Assembly (NCBI GenBank): GCA_963825055.1
Contig: CAWGSK010000002.1
Location: forward strand, 136,455 to 200,454
Length of the DNA stretch: 64,000 nt
Direction: 5' to 3'
DNA from: an uncultured Gemmatimonadales bacterium
GTDB taxonomy: Bacteria; Gemmatimonadota; Gemmatimonadetes; Gemmatimonadales; GWC2-71-9
Shown piece by piece: positions 54,957 through 64,000 of this stretch. The first letter of the stretch is position 1, and each line of letters opens with the position of its first letter. Both the position numbers and the translations under genes were made by a program. Under the pieces are notes generated by a model that did not search any database, was not told where the DNA came from, and saw nothing but the letters and a program-made list of their open reading frames with translations.

Positions 54957-57395
54957 ATGAATTTCGAGAAACTCAAGGACGCGGCGCGGAAATACGAGCA
55001 GAAAGAGGATTGGCGTCGGGCCATCGAGGTCTATCAGAAGGCCATCCAGGAATTCGAGTCGGGGCAGGATCCCAACCCCGACTTGTCGATCTATAACCGG
55101 GTGGGCGACCTGTACATGAAGGCCTATGAGCCCTCGAATGCCGTTCAGGCGTACGAGCGGGCGGTGGACCTCTACGGCGACCAGGGCTTTCTCAACAACG
55201 CCATCGCGCTTTGCGGAAAGGTGCTGCGGGTCAACCCGGGGCGGATCCAGACGTACCTGAAGCTGGCGTACCTGCACGCACGCAAGAACGTCGTCATCGA
55301 GGCGAAGCGGAACCTCATCGAGTACCTGGAGCGGATGCACACCGCGAACCAGCTCGACGAGGCCTTCAAGGCGCTCTATGCCTTTGCCGACACCTTCCCG
55401 CACAACCAGGAAATCCGGGAGATGCTGACCGAGTTGAGTCGCGCCGGGCTTCGCAGTCCCGACATGAAGGCCCGGCTCGAGGGCCTCGGGGCGCACCTCG
55501 AGGCCGGGCAGGCGCCGCGCCCGTCCCGGGTCCAGACGAACATCCACGGTGAGGTCATCGAATCGGGGCGAGGGAACGATCTGGTCTTCCTGGACATCGG
55601 CGGCGAGGTCGAGCCCCCCCTGGTCATCCCGCCGTCCGCCAGCCGCGCGACCGTGCCCATGGCAACGCCGGAGCAGGCGCCTGAATCCACCGCGGATGAG
55701 TCCATATGGGAGGAAAAGGACCTCGACCCCGGGGCCGCGGAAGGCGGGGAGGTCGACGGCCTCGTGGTGATCGGTGGGAACGATGACATCGAGCACGAGG
55801 AGCGGGGAGACGGCGACGGCCTGCTCCTCGCCGACGTGGTCATCGATGAGCCCGAGCCGCTCGAGATCGAGCCCACCTCGCAGGGCGATGCCGAGGTCAT
55901 GGCGGATGACGTGGAGCCTCCCGAGGGCCTGGAGCTGGAAACGACATCCGAGGCGGATCTCGACCTCGACGCGCCGCTCGCGTCCGAGCCGGACCTCGTC
56001 ATTCTTCCCGACGCGGATGACCTGGAGTCGGTGGACGACGTCGAGGGCCTGGAGGTCTTCCGCGGCGAGTACGTCGGGGCCGACGACGACGCCCCGGCGG
56101 GCGAGCCGGAGCCCGCGGAGGAATCGCTCGAGGTGACCGACGACTTGGCCGGCGCCGGCATCACGTTCGAGAGCAGTGACCGCTACCTCGAGGATGACGA
56201 AGCCATCCCCGAGACGGAGCTGCTGGAGGCCTCGGACGCCGAAGACATCGTGTGGGACACGGACCTGCTCGAGGAGCAGGCCGGCGTCGTGACCGATGCC
56301 ATCGAGGACCCCCGGCCCGCCGAGCCCAGCCTCGAGGAGCTGGAGGACCGCGTCCTCGACGATCCCGAGAACGCCGACGCCCATCGCGCCCTCGGCGAGG
56401 CCCTGATCGCCCGGGGCGATACGGTGCGCGGCATGGACGAACTGGATCTCGCCCTCATGGCGTGCGAGAACCGGGATGAGTGGTCACGCGCCTTCGACCT
56501 CGTCAACGAACTGATCCGGCTCGACCCCGCCAGCGTCCGCTACTACCAGAAGCGGGTTGAGGTGGCCTATCGCACGGGCGAAAAGGGCCGTCTCATCGAC
56601 AGCTACCTGGAACTTGGTGACGCGCTGGTGCGCACCGGTGCCATGGAAAAGGCCATCGCGGTCTACCATCGGGTGCTGGAACACGAGCCCGCCAACGACC
56701 GGGCGAGTACGGCTCTCGAGGTCCTGGCCCCGCGGCCTTCCGCCGAGGAACAGCCGCCCCCGGCGGTTCCTCGCGGCGAGCCGGACTCCGCCGCTCCCGC
56801 CCCCTCGGACATGGAGGGGCCGCCGGCGCCGCAGCCCGCCGCCCCGGCGTCGCCGGCTTCCGAAGCGTTCGTGGACCTGGCTGCCCTGGTGACGGATGAC
56901 ACGCCCAGGGCGGATACGCGGATGCGGGTGGAGGACGAGGAGCCCACGGGCGACGAGGAACGCGACTTCGCCGAGTTGCTGCAGCAGTTCAAGCGCGGGA
57001 TTGACGAGAACGTGGCCGCGGAGGACTTCCAGTCCCATTACGACCTGGGAGTGGCGTTCAAGGAGATGGGCCTCCTCGACGAGGCGATCGCCGAGTTCCA
57101 GAAGGCGCTGCGCGCGCCCGAAGTGCGGCTCCGGACCTCCGAGGCGCTTGGTGTCTGCTTCTACGAGAAGGAGCAGCCCGCCATCGCTGAGGCGATCCTG
57201 CGGCGGGCAGTTGAGGACCAGCCTGGGGCCGACGACCAGAAGGTCGGGCTGCTCTACTGGCTCGGCCGGACGCTGGAGATCCAGGAGCGCCCGGGCGAGG
57301 CCCTGGGCTGCTACCAGCGTGTCATGGCAGTGGATATCCGCTTCGGGGACACCGGCGACCGGATGCGCCAGCTCGACGCCGGGCGGCACGCATGA
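54957..57395 (+). CDS. Large TPR protein with a long acidic linker
   Basis: N-terminal TPRs, an Asp/Glu-rich middle, and C-terminal SHYDLGVAFKEMGL TPRs. Confidence 0.85.
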   Translation: MNFEKLKDAARKYEQKEDWRRAIEVYQKAIQEFESGQDPNPDLSIYNRVGDLYMKAYEPSNAVQAYERAVDLYGDQGFLNNAIALCGKVLRVNPGRIQTYLKLAYLHARKNVVIEAKRNLIEYLERMHTANQLDEAFKALYAFADTFPHNQEIREMLTELSRAGLRSPDMKARLEGLGAHLEAGQAPRPSRVQTNIHGEVIESGRGNDLVFLDIGGEVEPPLVIPPSASRATVPMATPEQAPESTADESIWEEKDLDPGAAEGGEVDGLVVIGGNDDIEHEERGDGDGLLLADVVIDEPEPLEIEPTSQGDAEVMADDVEPPEGLELETTSEADLDLDAPLASEPDLVILPDADDLESVDDVEGLEVFRGEYVGADDDAPAGEPEPAEESLEVTDDLAGAGITFESSDRYLEDDEAIPETELLEASDAEDIVWDTDLLEEQAGVVTDAIEDPRPAEPSLEELEDRVLDDPENADAHRALGEALIARGDTVRGMDELDLALMACENRDEWSRAFDLVNELIRLDPASVRYYQKRVEVAYRTGEKGRLIDSYLELGDALVRTGAMEKAIAVYHRVLEHEPANDRASTALEVLAPRPSAEEQPPPAVPRGEPDSAAPAPSDMEGPPAPQPAAPASPASEAFVDLAALVTDDTPRADTRMRVEDEEPTGDEERDFAELLQQFKRGIDENVAAEDFQSHYDLGVAFKEMGLLDEAIAEFQKALRAPEVRLRTSEALGVCFYEKEQPAIAEAILRRAVEDQPGADDQKVGLLYWLGRTLEIQERPGEALGCYQRVMAVDIRFGDTGDRMRQLDAGRHA

Positions 57396-58381
57396 GTTTC
57401 CAGACCACGCCGGTGACCCTCCAGGACCTCCAGGCGCCGCTGGACGGTCAGCTGTCGCTCGTCGAGGACGAGCTCCGGCGGATCGTCGAGAGCGACTTCC
57501 CGCTCATCGCGGACGTGAACGCGCACCTGTTCCAGATGCGCGGCAAGATGTTCCGGCCCACTCTCCTGCTGCTGGCACATGCGGCCACCGGGCAGCGGGA
57601 CGACCGCGCCCCGACCCTCGCGGCGGTCGTGGAGCTGATCCACCTCGCGACGCTGGTGCATGACGACTCGGTGGACCACTCGGTGCTTCGGCGCGGGATG
57701 CCGACGATCAACGCGCTCTTCAGCCACCAGATTTCGGTGATCATGGGCGACTATCTCTACAGCCGCGCCGTGATTGAGCTGGTGCGGCTGCGGGACCTTG
57801 CCCCACTGGAGGTGCTGAGCCGCGTGACGAACGAAATGACCGTCGGCGAGATGCGGCAGCTCCTGTCGCACGACCCACTCGCCTTCTCGGAGGAATCCTA
57901 CGACCTGCTCATCCGGAGCAAGACCGCCTCGCTGCTCTCCGGCGCGTGCGAAGTCGGGGCCCTTGGGGCCACCCTTGAACAGCGCGGCGCCCTGCGGCGC
58001 TTCGGGGAATACCTCGGCATGGCGTTCCAGATCGTGGATGACCTGCTCGATTACACCGAGGAGGAGGAAGTGACCGGCAAACCGTCCGGCGCCGACCTGC
58101 GGGAGCACAAGGTGACCCTCCCCCTCATCGCGGCACTGCCGCGGCTGGCCGACGACGAGCGCCAGGCGGTCAACGCGCTCATGGCAAGCGCGGAACCGAC
58201 GGACGAACAGATCGGCGGGGTGATCGACGCGGTGGGCCGGGTCGGCGGCCTGCAGTACGCGCACGAACGGGCGCAGCGTCTGGCCCGGATGGCGGAGGCC
58301 GAGCTGGACATCCTCCCGCCGGGGCCGGCAGCGGACGCCCTGCGCGCCAGCATCACGTACGTGGTCGAGCGGCGGCGCTGA
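57392..58381 (+). CDS. Polyprenyl diphosphate synthase (IspB-like)
   Basis: GKMFRP, LVHDDSVD..RRG, FQIVDDLLD and GK..G.DLRE.K.TLP. Confidence 0.92.
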   Translation: MSFQTTPVTLQDLQAPLDGQLSLVEDELRRIVESDFPLIADVNAHLFQMRGKMFRPTLLLLAHAATGQRDDRAPTLAAVVELIHLATLVHDDSVDHSVLRRGMPTINALFSHQISVIMGDYLYSRAVIELVRLRDLAPLEVLSRVTNEMTVGEMRQLLSHDPLAFSEESYDLLIRSKTASLLSGACEVGALGATLEQRGALRRFGEYLGMAFQIVDDLLDYTEEEEVTGKPSGADLREHKVTLPLIAALPRLADDERQAVNALMASAEPTDEQIGGVIDAVGRVGGLQYAHERAQRLARMAEAELDILPPGPAADALRASITYVVERRR

Positions 58382-58653
58382 TGGCGAGCGGACCGCGCCG
58401 GCCGGCGTTCTACCTCGGCATCCTGGTGGCCGGATTCCTGGTCGGGGGATTCCTGACCGAGCTCCTCCGGTACTTCCTCCCGGACAGCGTGGCGAAGCAG
58501 GTGTTCACCTACATGGTGACCCCGTCAATCGGCCCGGTGTCGCTGGACCTCCTGGTCATCAATTTGACTCTGGGGCCCCTGGGGGTTCATGTTTCCATCC
58601 TGAGTCTGATCGGCGTAGCGCTCGCCTACCTCGTGGCGCGCTCGCTGTTCTAA
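58381..58653 (+). CDS. Small membrane protein (DUF4321-like)
   Basis: Two hydrophobic segments. Coupled to the upstream gene. Confidence 0.6.
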   Translation: MASGPRRPAFYLGILVAGFLVGGFLTELLRYFLPDSVAKQVFTYMVTPSIGPVSLDLLVINLTLGPLGVHVSILSLIGVALAYLVARSLF

Positions 58654-58663
58654 GGGGGCACCT

Positions 58664-58921
58664 ATGGGCAACATCGGTTTCACCGAGATCATGGTCATCA
58701 TGCTGGTGGTCCTGCTGGTCTTCGGCGCCAGGCGGCTGCCGGAAATCGGCTCCTCCATCGGCAAGGGCATCCGCGAGTTCAAACGCAGCATCAGTGACAC
58801 GCAGGATGCCATCACCGGGGACATGCGGGACGAGCACCTGACGCCCCCCAGCCGCTCCTTTGATGCGGCCGGCAGTTCGACCCCGCCTTCGGGCGGCGAG
58901 CCAAAGCGCCTCTCGCAATAG
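58664..58921 (+). CDS. tatA: Twin-arginine translocase subunit TatA
   Basis: IGFTEIMVIMLVVLLVFGARRLPEIGSSIGKGIREFK. Confidence 0.93.
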   Translation: MGNIGFTEIMVIMLVVLLVFGARRLPEIGSSIGKGIREFKRSISDTQDAITGDMRDEHLTPPSRSFDAAGSSTPPSGGEPKRLSQ

Positions 58922-58944
58922 CCCGGTTCCCGCGGGCGAAAGCA

Positions 58945-58974
58945 AAAGGGCGGCCCCTCACGGGGCCGCCCTTT
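58945..58974. terminator. Bidirectional-type terminator between tatA and the convergent chaperone gene
   Basis: AAAGGGCGGCCCC-TCAC-GGGGCCGCCCTTT. Confidence 0.8.
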
Positions 58975-58992
58975 GCCGTGTTCACCTGGCGG

Positions 58993-60852
58993 TCAGAGTG
59001 CTGGCGGTGCCCCCGCCGGGCGGTTCCGTTCGGCCTGGGCCTCGGCCTGCGCGTTGGTGGTGAAAATCTGCGAGCGGAAGTCCTTGATGTCCGCCTGCTT
59101 GCGCAGCGCCGCCAGATAACTCCGGATCCGCTCCTGCCGCGCCTGGCGAACCGCCTGGGCGCGGAGGCCATCGACCTCCTTCGCGAACTCGGCGGAATCC
59201 GGCTTGTCCCGGCTCAACACCTTCAGGAAATACAGCCCTTCCTTCGTATCCAGCATCGGACTGGTCTGGCCCACGGGCACCCCGAAGGCGGCGCCGATGA
59301 TCACCGGATTGGGCAGGGGTGGCTGCACCCGGGTGAAGGGCCCGAGCTTCTGGTGGGGCAGGGAAAGCGCCTGGGCCACCTGGTCGAGCGTGCTGCCCTC
59401 GCTCAACCGCTTCTGCACGTTCTGGCCGATGGTGCGGGCCGCGTCCCACTTCCTGGCGTCGCGGACGGCGCTGGCCACGGTCTGGCGGATCTGGTCGAGC
59501 GGCGGGATGCCGCCGGCCTGGGCGCTGTCGAGCCGGAAGACGTACATCGCATCCGGCGTCTCGATGATCGGGCTGACCTCACCCTCCTGTGCCTGGAAGG
59601 CCCACACGCCTGCGTCCGGGACGACCTGCCGGCCGACCAGTACCGTGCCACCCTGCTGGACCGGGTTGGTCCGGCTGATCCGGAGGCCGAGCGCGCGCGC
59701 GGCCGTGTCGAGCGCGGCGGGATCGAGCCGCTCGGCCGCCAGCAGCTCGAGCGAGTCGGCCTCGGCATCGAGGGAGTCCCGGTGCGCGCCCGCAATCTCG
59801 ATCGGGACCAGAATATGCCGCGCCGTCGCCTTGTTCCCGTCGCGCTTCGTCACCTCGATCAGGTGATAGCCGAACTCCGTGAGCACCGGCTGCGATACGG
59901 TGTTGAGCGGCATGGAGAAGGCCGCGGAGTCGAAGGCCGCCGCGAAGTCCCCTCTGGTCCACTCGCCCAGGTCACCCCCGCGCTCGGCGGAGACGCTGTC
60001 GGCCGACTCCTGCCGCGCGATGGCCGCGAAGTCCTCGCCCTGGTCCACGATTTCCTTCCGCAACTCCCGGGCGCGGGCGAGCGCCGCAGCCGAGTCGGAT
60101 GCGGCGATCACCTTGGGCAGCGTGACGTAGCTCAGGAAGGCTGTGCGCTGCCGCTCGAACTCGTCCGGGTGCGCCTTGTAGTACGACGCAACTTCTTCGT
60201 CAGTCACGGAGATGGCGGAGTCGGGTACGGCGTTCCGGGGGATGATGGCCAGCAGGTCGATCGTGGTCGTCTCGTACTGATCGACGTAGCGCTGCCAGAG
60301 GGCGACGTCCGAGAGGAACACGTCGGCTGTCACCAGCCGCCAGAGTTTGGCCTGGCGGATCTCCTGCCGGTACTGCGCCTCGAGCTGCGGGATGAACTGC
60401 AGCCCGGTGGTCGATCGCAGGAAGGCCTGGTACTTCTGGGGGTCAAACTGGCCCGCCGTCTTGAACGAGGAATCCTGGAGGAAAATCGGCAGCGGCTCAT
60501 TGCGGATCGCGTACTCGATTTCGTCGGTCGACACCTTGATGTTGTTCCGCTCCAGCTCCTGCTCGAGGATCCGGTTCTGGATGAACTGCTCCCAGACATC
60601 ATTGCGGACCTTCTGGATGTCGGCCAGCGTCAGCGGTCCGCTGGAGGACTGCTGCTCCTGCTGGATCTGCTGGTCCACGACCTGCTGGTAGAGACGCGTG
60701 TCCACGCTCTGGCCGTTGATCTTGCCCACGGTCTGGCGTGAGAACAGACCGCCGTTGGCGAGGCCGCTGAGGTCACCAAGCAACCAGGCGACCAGCATGA
60801 TCCCGAAGAAGATGGCGATCAGTTTGGCGCTGTTGCGGAACGCTTGCATCAT
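58993..60852 (-). CDS. SurA-N / parvulin peptidyl-prolyl isomerase (PpiD-like)
   Basis: N-terminal TM anchor, S.D..SAERGGDLG, FDSAAF and TEFGYHLI. Confidence 0.88.
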   Translation of the reverse strand: MMQAFRNSAKLIAIFFGIMLVAWLLGDLSGLANGGLFSRQTVGKINGQSVDTRLYQQVVDQQIQQEQQSSSGPLTLADIQKVRNDVWEQFIQNRILEQELERNNIKVSTDEIEYAIRNEPLPIFLQDSSFKTAGQFDPQKYQAFLRSTTGLQFIPQLEAQYRQEIRQAKLWRLVTADVFLSDVALWQRYVDQYETTTIDLLAIIPRNAVPDSAISVTDEEVASYYKAHPDEFERQRTAFLSYVTLPKVIAASDSAAALARARELRKEIVDQGEDFAAIARQESADSVSAERGGDLGEWTRGDFAAAFDSAAFSMPLNTVSQPVLTEFGYHLIEVTKRDGNKATARHILVPIEIAGAHRDSLDAEADSLELLAAERLDPAALDTAARALGLRISRTNPVQQGGTVLVGRQVVPDAGVWAFQAQEGEVSPIIETPDAMYVFRLDSAQAGGIPPLDQIRQTVASAVRDARKWDAARTIGQNVQKRLSEGSTLDQVAQALSLPHQKLGPFTRVQPPLPNPVIIGAAFGVPVGQTSPMLDTKEGLYFLKVLSRDKPDSAEFAKEVDGLRAQAVRQARQERIRSYLAALRKQADIKDFRSQIFTTNAQAEAQAERNRPAGAPPAL

Positions 60853-61014
60853 GGTTGGTACACCGGCACGAGTCTTGATGGTATAAGGAAGCGCGAAGTC
60901 TAAGCGCCGCCGGGGTGTTTCTCAAGGCAGAAGCCAGGTGATCCGGTTGACAGCGCCCCGGGCGGCGGCTACTCTTTGCCTAACCCCGACAACAACTTAG
61001 CTCACGGAAGCGGG

Positions 61015-62952
61015 ATGGCCTACACCAGCGAGATCGAGAAACTCGAGCGCCGCCACCAGGAGAACCCCAAGGGGCGCACCTTCGCGATCCTCGCCGACCA
61101 TTACCGGAAGGCGGGGGAGATCGACCGCGCCCTGGTCCTGCTGCACGAAGGGCTGGAGGTGCATCCCGACTATCCCTCCGCCCTCATCGTCCTGGGCCGT
61201 TGCCACCTCGACCGCAGTGACTACCACGCCGCCGAGGAACCTTTCCGTCGTGTGCTCCAGATCGACGCGGAGAACGGCATTGCCCTCCGCGCCATGGCGG
61301 ACATCGCCGAGCACGACGGTCGTCCGGCCGAGGCGCGCCGCTGGCTGGAGACCCTCCTCTCGATCGACGGCTCCAATGAAAGCGCCCGCGAACAGCTGGC
61401 CCGGGTGAGCGGGGTGCAGGAACCACCCGTGCCCGCAGTCAACCCCATTGTCGGCGGTGGGTTCGATATTCAGGGCGGCAAGTCCGTGGACGCGACGCCA
61501 CGCGACGACCAGGAACCCGAGGCGGCGGCCCTCGAGCTCGAACCCACCTCGTTCGAGGGTGGATTCACCCCGACGCCAGGTTCGGTCTGGTCCGGGGACG
61601 AACTGGAGCGGGAGGAACTGTTCGAGGCTGAGGGGGAGGAGACGCCGGGCCTGGAGGACATGGAGGCGGCGCCCGGCCTCGAGACGACGAGCCTCGATAT
61701 CGAGCCTGAGGAGCAGGGGCCGCCCACCCTCTCCTCGCCTTCCCGCGCTGATCTCGACATCGGCGTGGAGCGCGCGGACGAGATCGTCCTCCGCTCGACC
61801 GGCTCGACCGAATTCCAGGTGGCCAGCGCCGCCGAAGATCTGGGCGCGACGCTGCTCCCCTCCGCCGCACCCGAGGAGGCAGCGGCCGGGGAGCCCGAAG
61901 CGGCCGTGGATGAACCGGCGGGCGCTGCAGAAGACGAGGTGCCGGAGTTCGAGGAGGAGGGCGGGAGCCCCGCTGGTTCCAACTGGTGGGACCCGGCCCC
62001 CGAAGCCGGCGCCGAGGCGGTGGAGAGCACCACCGCAGAGGCCGCAGGGCCCCCGGACACGACCGACGCCGCCGAATCACACGAGGCGGACGACGAGGCT
62101 GCGCTGCCGGCGGGGCAGGCGGAGACCGGGCTCCCCTGGTATTCCGCGTTCGGCAGCCCGCTGCGTGACGGGGACGCGGCCGTCGAGGCCGGGGATGCCG
62201 CTGATGTGGAACGCTCGACCACGGACCTCCCGGACGCCGGGTTCGAGCGCGCCGGGGGAGAAGACGCCCCGGAATCGCAGGACGAACTGCCGGCCGATGC
62301 AGCTCTGCCCTCCGACGAACCCGTGTCGGTACCCCCCCGGCCCGCCGAGTCTGAGCCCCAGTCGCCCGATGAAGCACTCCCCGATCCGGCTCCGGCGTTC
62401 GGCATCACCGAAACGCTGGCGGAGATCTACGTAGCCCAGGGCCATCATCACGAGGCGATCCTGGTCTATCGACAGTTGCTCGAGCGTGATCCGGGCAGCG
62501 AGCGCCTGCGGGAAAAGCTGGCGGTGGCGGAGGCGGTGGGCGCGCGCGCCGGGCGGACGGAACGCCGGTCGTACTCGGCGGGGGAGAGCGGGGGCACATC
62601 GGTCGGGGGGTACTTCGCCGGGATCCTGGCGGCGCGTCCCGCGCCGGCCGATGCGCTCCCGGATGCGCCGTCCGACCGGGACAGCAAGAATGAGGAATCC
62701 CGCCCGGCCGCCGCCGCGCCCACCCGCCCCGCCGCCGACCCGCTCTCCCTGAGTGCCATTTTCGGCGAAGAGGGGACGGCCCAGGGTGGAAAATCTTCCC
62801 CCCGGGACGAATCCCGGGTCGGGGCGCCCCCCGCATCGCCCGGGCTTCGCTTTGACGAGTTCTTCGACTCGCCCCCGCCGGCCGGAACCCGTCCGGCTGA
62901 GGATGACGACCTCTCGCAGTTCCACGACTGGCTCAAGAGCCTGAAGAATTGA
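61015..62952 (+). CDS. TPR protein with a long acidic low-complexity linker
   Basis: FAILADHYRKAG TPRs, TETLAEIYVAQG, and C-terminal DDLSQFHDWLKSLK. Confidence 0.8.
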   Translation: MAYTSEIEKLERRHQENPKGRTFAILADHYRKAGEIDRALVLLHEGLEVHPDYPSALIVLGRCHLDRSDYHAAEEPFRRVLQIDAENGIALRAMADIAEHDGRPAEARRWLETLLSIDGSNESAREQLARVSGVQEPPVPAVNPIVGGGFDIQGGKSVDATPRDDQEPEAAALELEPTSFEGGFTPTPGSVWSGDELEREELFEAEGEETPGLEDMEAAPGLETTSLDIEPEEQGPPTLSSPSRADLDIGVERADEIVLRSTGSTEFQVASAAEDLGATLLPSAAPEEAAAGEPEAAVDEPAGAAEDEVPEFEEEGGSPAGSNWWDPAPEAGAEAVESTTAEAAGPPDTTDAAESHEADDEAALPAGQAETGLPWYSAFGSPLRDGDAAVEAGDAADVERSTTDLPDAGFERAGGEDAPESQDELPADAALPSDEPVSVPPRPAESEPQSPDEALPDPAPAFGITETLAEIYVAQGHHHEAILVYRQLLERDPGSERLREKLAVAEAVGARAGRTERRSYSAGESGGTSVGGYFAGILAARPAPADALPDAPSDRDSKNEESRPAAAAPTRPAADPLSLSAIFGEEGTAQGGKSSPRDESRVGAPPASPGLRFDEFFDSPPPAGTRPAEDDDLSQFHDWLKSLKN

Positions 62953-63390
62953 ATGCGGGTCGCCGTCCTGAACGGACCCAACCTGAACCTGCTCGGGACG
63001 CGGGAACCGGAGATCTACGGGGCCCGCACGCTGGCGGATATCGAGCGCCTGGTCCGGCTCGAGGCCGAGGGGCTCGAGGTGAAACTGGAATGGTTCCAGT
63101 CCAACCACGAGGGCGAGCTGGTCGAGGCGATCCAGCGACTGCGTGACGGCGCGGATGGTGCGCTGGTGAACGCCGCGGCCTTTACCCATACCAGCCTTGC
63201 GGTGCGTGACGCGATGCTGGCCGTGCGCCCGACGTTCGTCGAGGTACATCTCTCCAACATTTTCGCCCGCGAGCCGGAGCGACGGCACTCCCTGCTCGCC
63301 GACCTCGCGGTGGGAGTCGTCGCCGGGTTCGGGGCCCGGAGCTACGTGCTCGGCCTGCACGCGCTCGTCCACTGGCTGCGTGGCACCTGA
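62953..63390 (+). CDS. aroQ: Type II 3-dehydroquinate dehydratase
   Basis: LNGPNLNLLGTREPEIYG, QSNHEG and EVHLSNI. Confidence 0.97.
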   Translation: MRVAVLNGPNLNLLGTREPEIYGARTLADIERLVRLEAEGLEVKLEWFQSNHEGELVEAIQRLRDGADGALVNAAAFTHTSLAVRDAMLAVRPTFVEVHLSNIFAREPERRHSLLADLAVGVVAGFGARSYVLGLHALVHWLRGT

Positions 63391-64000
63391 TCGTCGGGCC
63401 GCCAGACAGGCGGCGCTTCGTGACCGGCTCGGCCGCGAGGGTCTCGACGCCCTGCTGGTCCAGCACCTCCCGAACATCCGGTACCTGACCGGCTTCACCG
63501 GTTCAGCCGGGCTGCTGCTCGTCCGCGCCGACGTCACGCACCTCTTCACCGATTTCCGCTACGCCACGCAGGCGCCCCAGGAGACCGGGCCGTCGGCGGA
63601 GGTGGTGGTGGATCCGGTGAATCTCTGGCGGCGGCTTGTCCGCTCCCTGACGGACCGCCCGGTGGATCGGCTGGGCTACGAGTCGCACGTCATCACAGCG
63701 GCCGACCTGGAGCGCCTGAATGCGGTGCCGTCGGTACACGTCGGGACGAAAGGAATCGTGGAGCGGGACCGCGCTTCCAAGGACGCCGGGGAAGTGGCGG
63801 CCATCCGCGCCGCGGCCACGCTCGCGGCGGAAGCACTGGCGGAGATCGTTCCCGGCATCCGCGCGGGACAGACGGAGTACGAAGTTGCCGCCGCGCTCGA
63901 GCACGCGCTCCGGCGGCGGGGCAGCGAGTGGCACCCGTTCCCGACCATTGCGGCATCGGGCCCCCGCTCCGCGCTGCCGCATGCCAGGACCAGCGACCGC
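63380..64000 (+). CDS. Xaa-Pro aminopeptidase (M24B), N-terminal part; runs off the window
   Basis: Manual translation from GTG 63380: ...DALLVQHLPNIRYLTGFTGSAG...TDFRY...FPTIAASGPRSALPH. Confidence 0.88.
   Translation, partial: MAPDRRAARQAALRDRLGREGLDALLVQHLPNIRYLTGFTGSAGLLLVRADVTHLFTDFRYATQAPQETGPSAEVVVDPVNLWRRLVRSLTDRPVDRLGYESHVITAADLERLNAVPSVHVGTKGIVERDRASKDAGEVAAIRAAATLAAEALAEIVPGIRAGQTEYEVAAALEHALRRRGSEWHPFPTIAASGPRSALPHARTSDR

Noticed and set aside
58978..60741. 587-aa plus-strand ORF
   Set aside because: Antisense shadow of the SurA/PpiD-like gene on the minus strand.

Overview
A very GC-rich (roughly 70% by eye) bacterial chromosome segment made almost entirely of housekeeping genes. 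Gene content and order suggest a diderm, possibly Gemmatimonadota (inference only). It holds aspA, moeB, tRNA-Leu(CAG), smpB, an amidase, pyrD/pyrF, the alpha ribosomal operon (rpmJ-rpsM-rpsK-rpsD-rpoA-rplQ) and rpmB. A long co-oriented run mixes nucleotide-sugar genes (gmd, rmd-like, wbpDEBA-like, ugd, uxs, epimerase) with carB, murB, bamD, nadD and secA. Further on are radC, rel/spoT, uvrB, tsaE-tsaB-rimI, ssb, a tol-pal-cpoB operon, hutH, a polyprenyl synthase, tatA, a SurA/PpiD-type chaperone, aroQ and the start of an Xaa-Pro peptidase. Three signals stand out. (1) One 1167-aa ORF fuses a full TatC to an LptD-like beta-barrel through an internal signal peptide with an AVA-Q cleavage motif, a candidate polyprotein. 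(2) A four-helix-bundle (IVP/Avd-like) gene sits between inverted GTTGAGTC octamer arrays, and an 'empty' copy of the same inverted arms lies 33 kb away. (3) A family of related intergenic 7-9-mer microsatellites sits at gene boundaries next to promoters. No CRISPR array, rRNA, integrase or transposase was seen.
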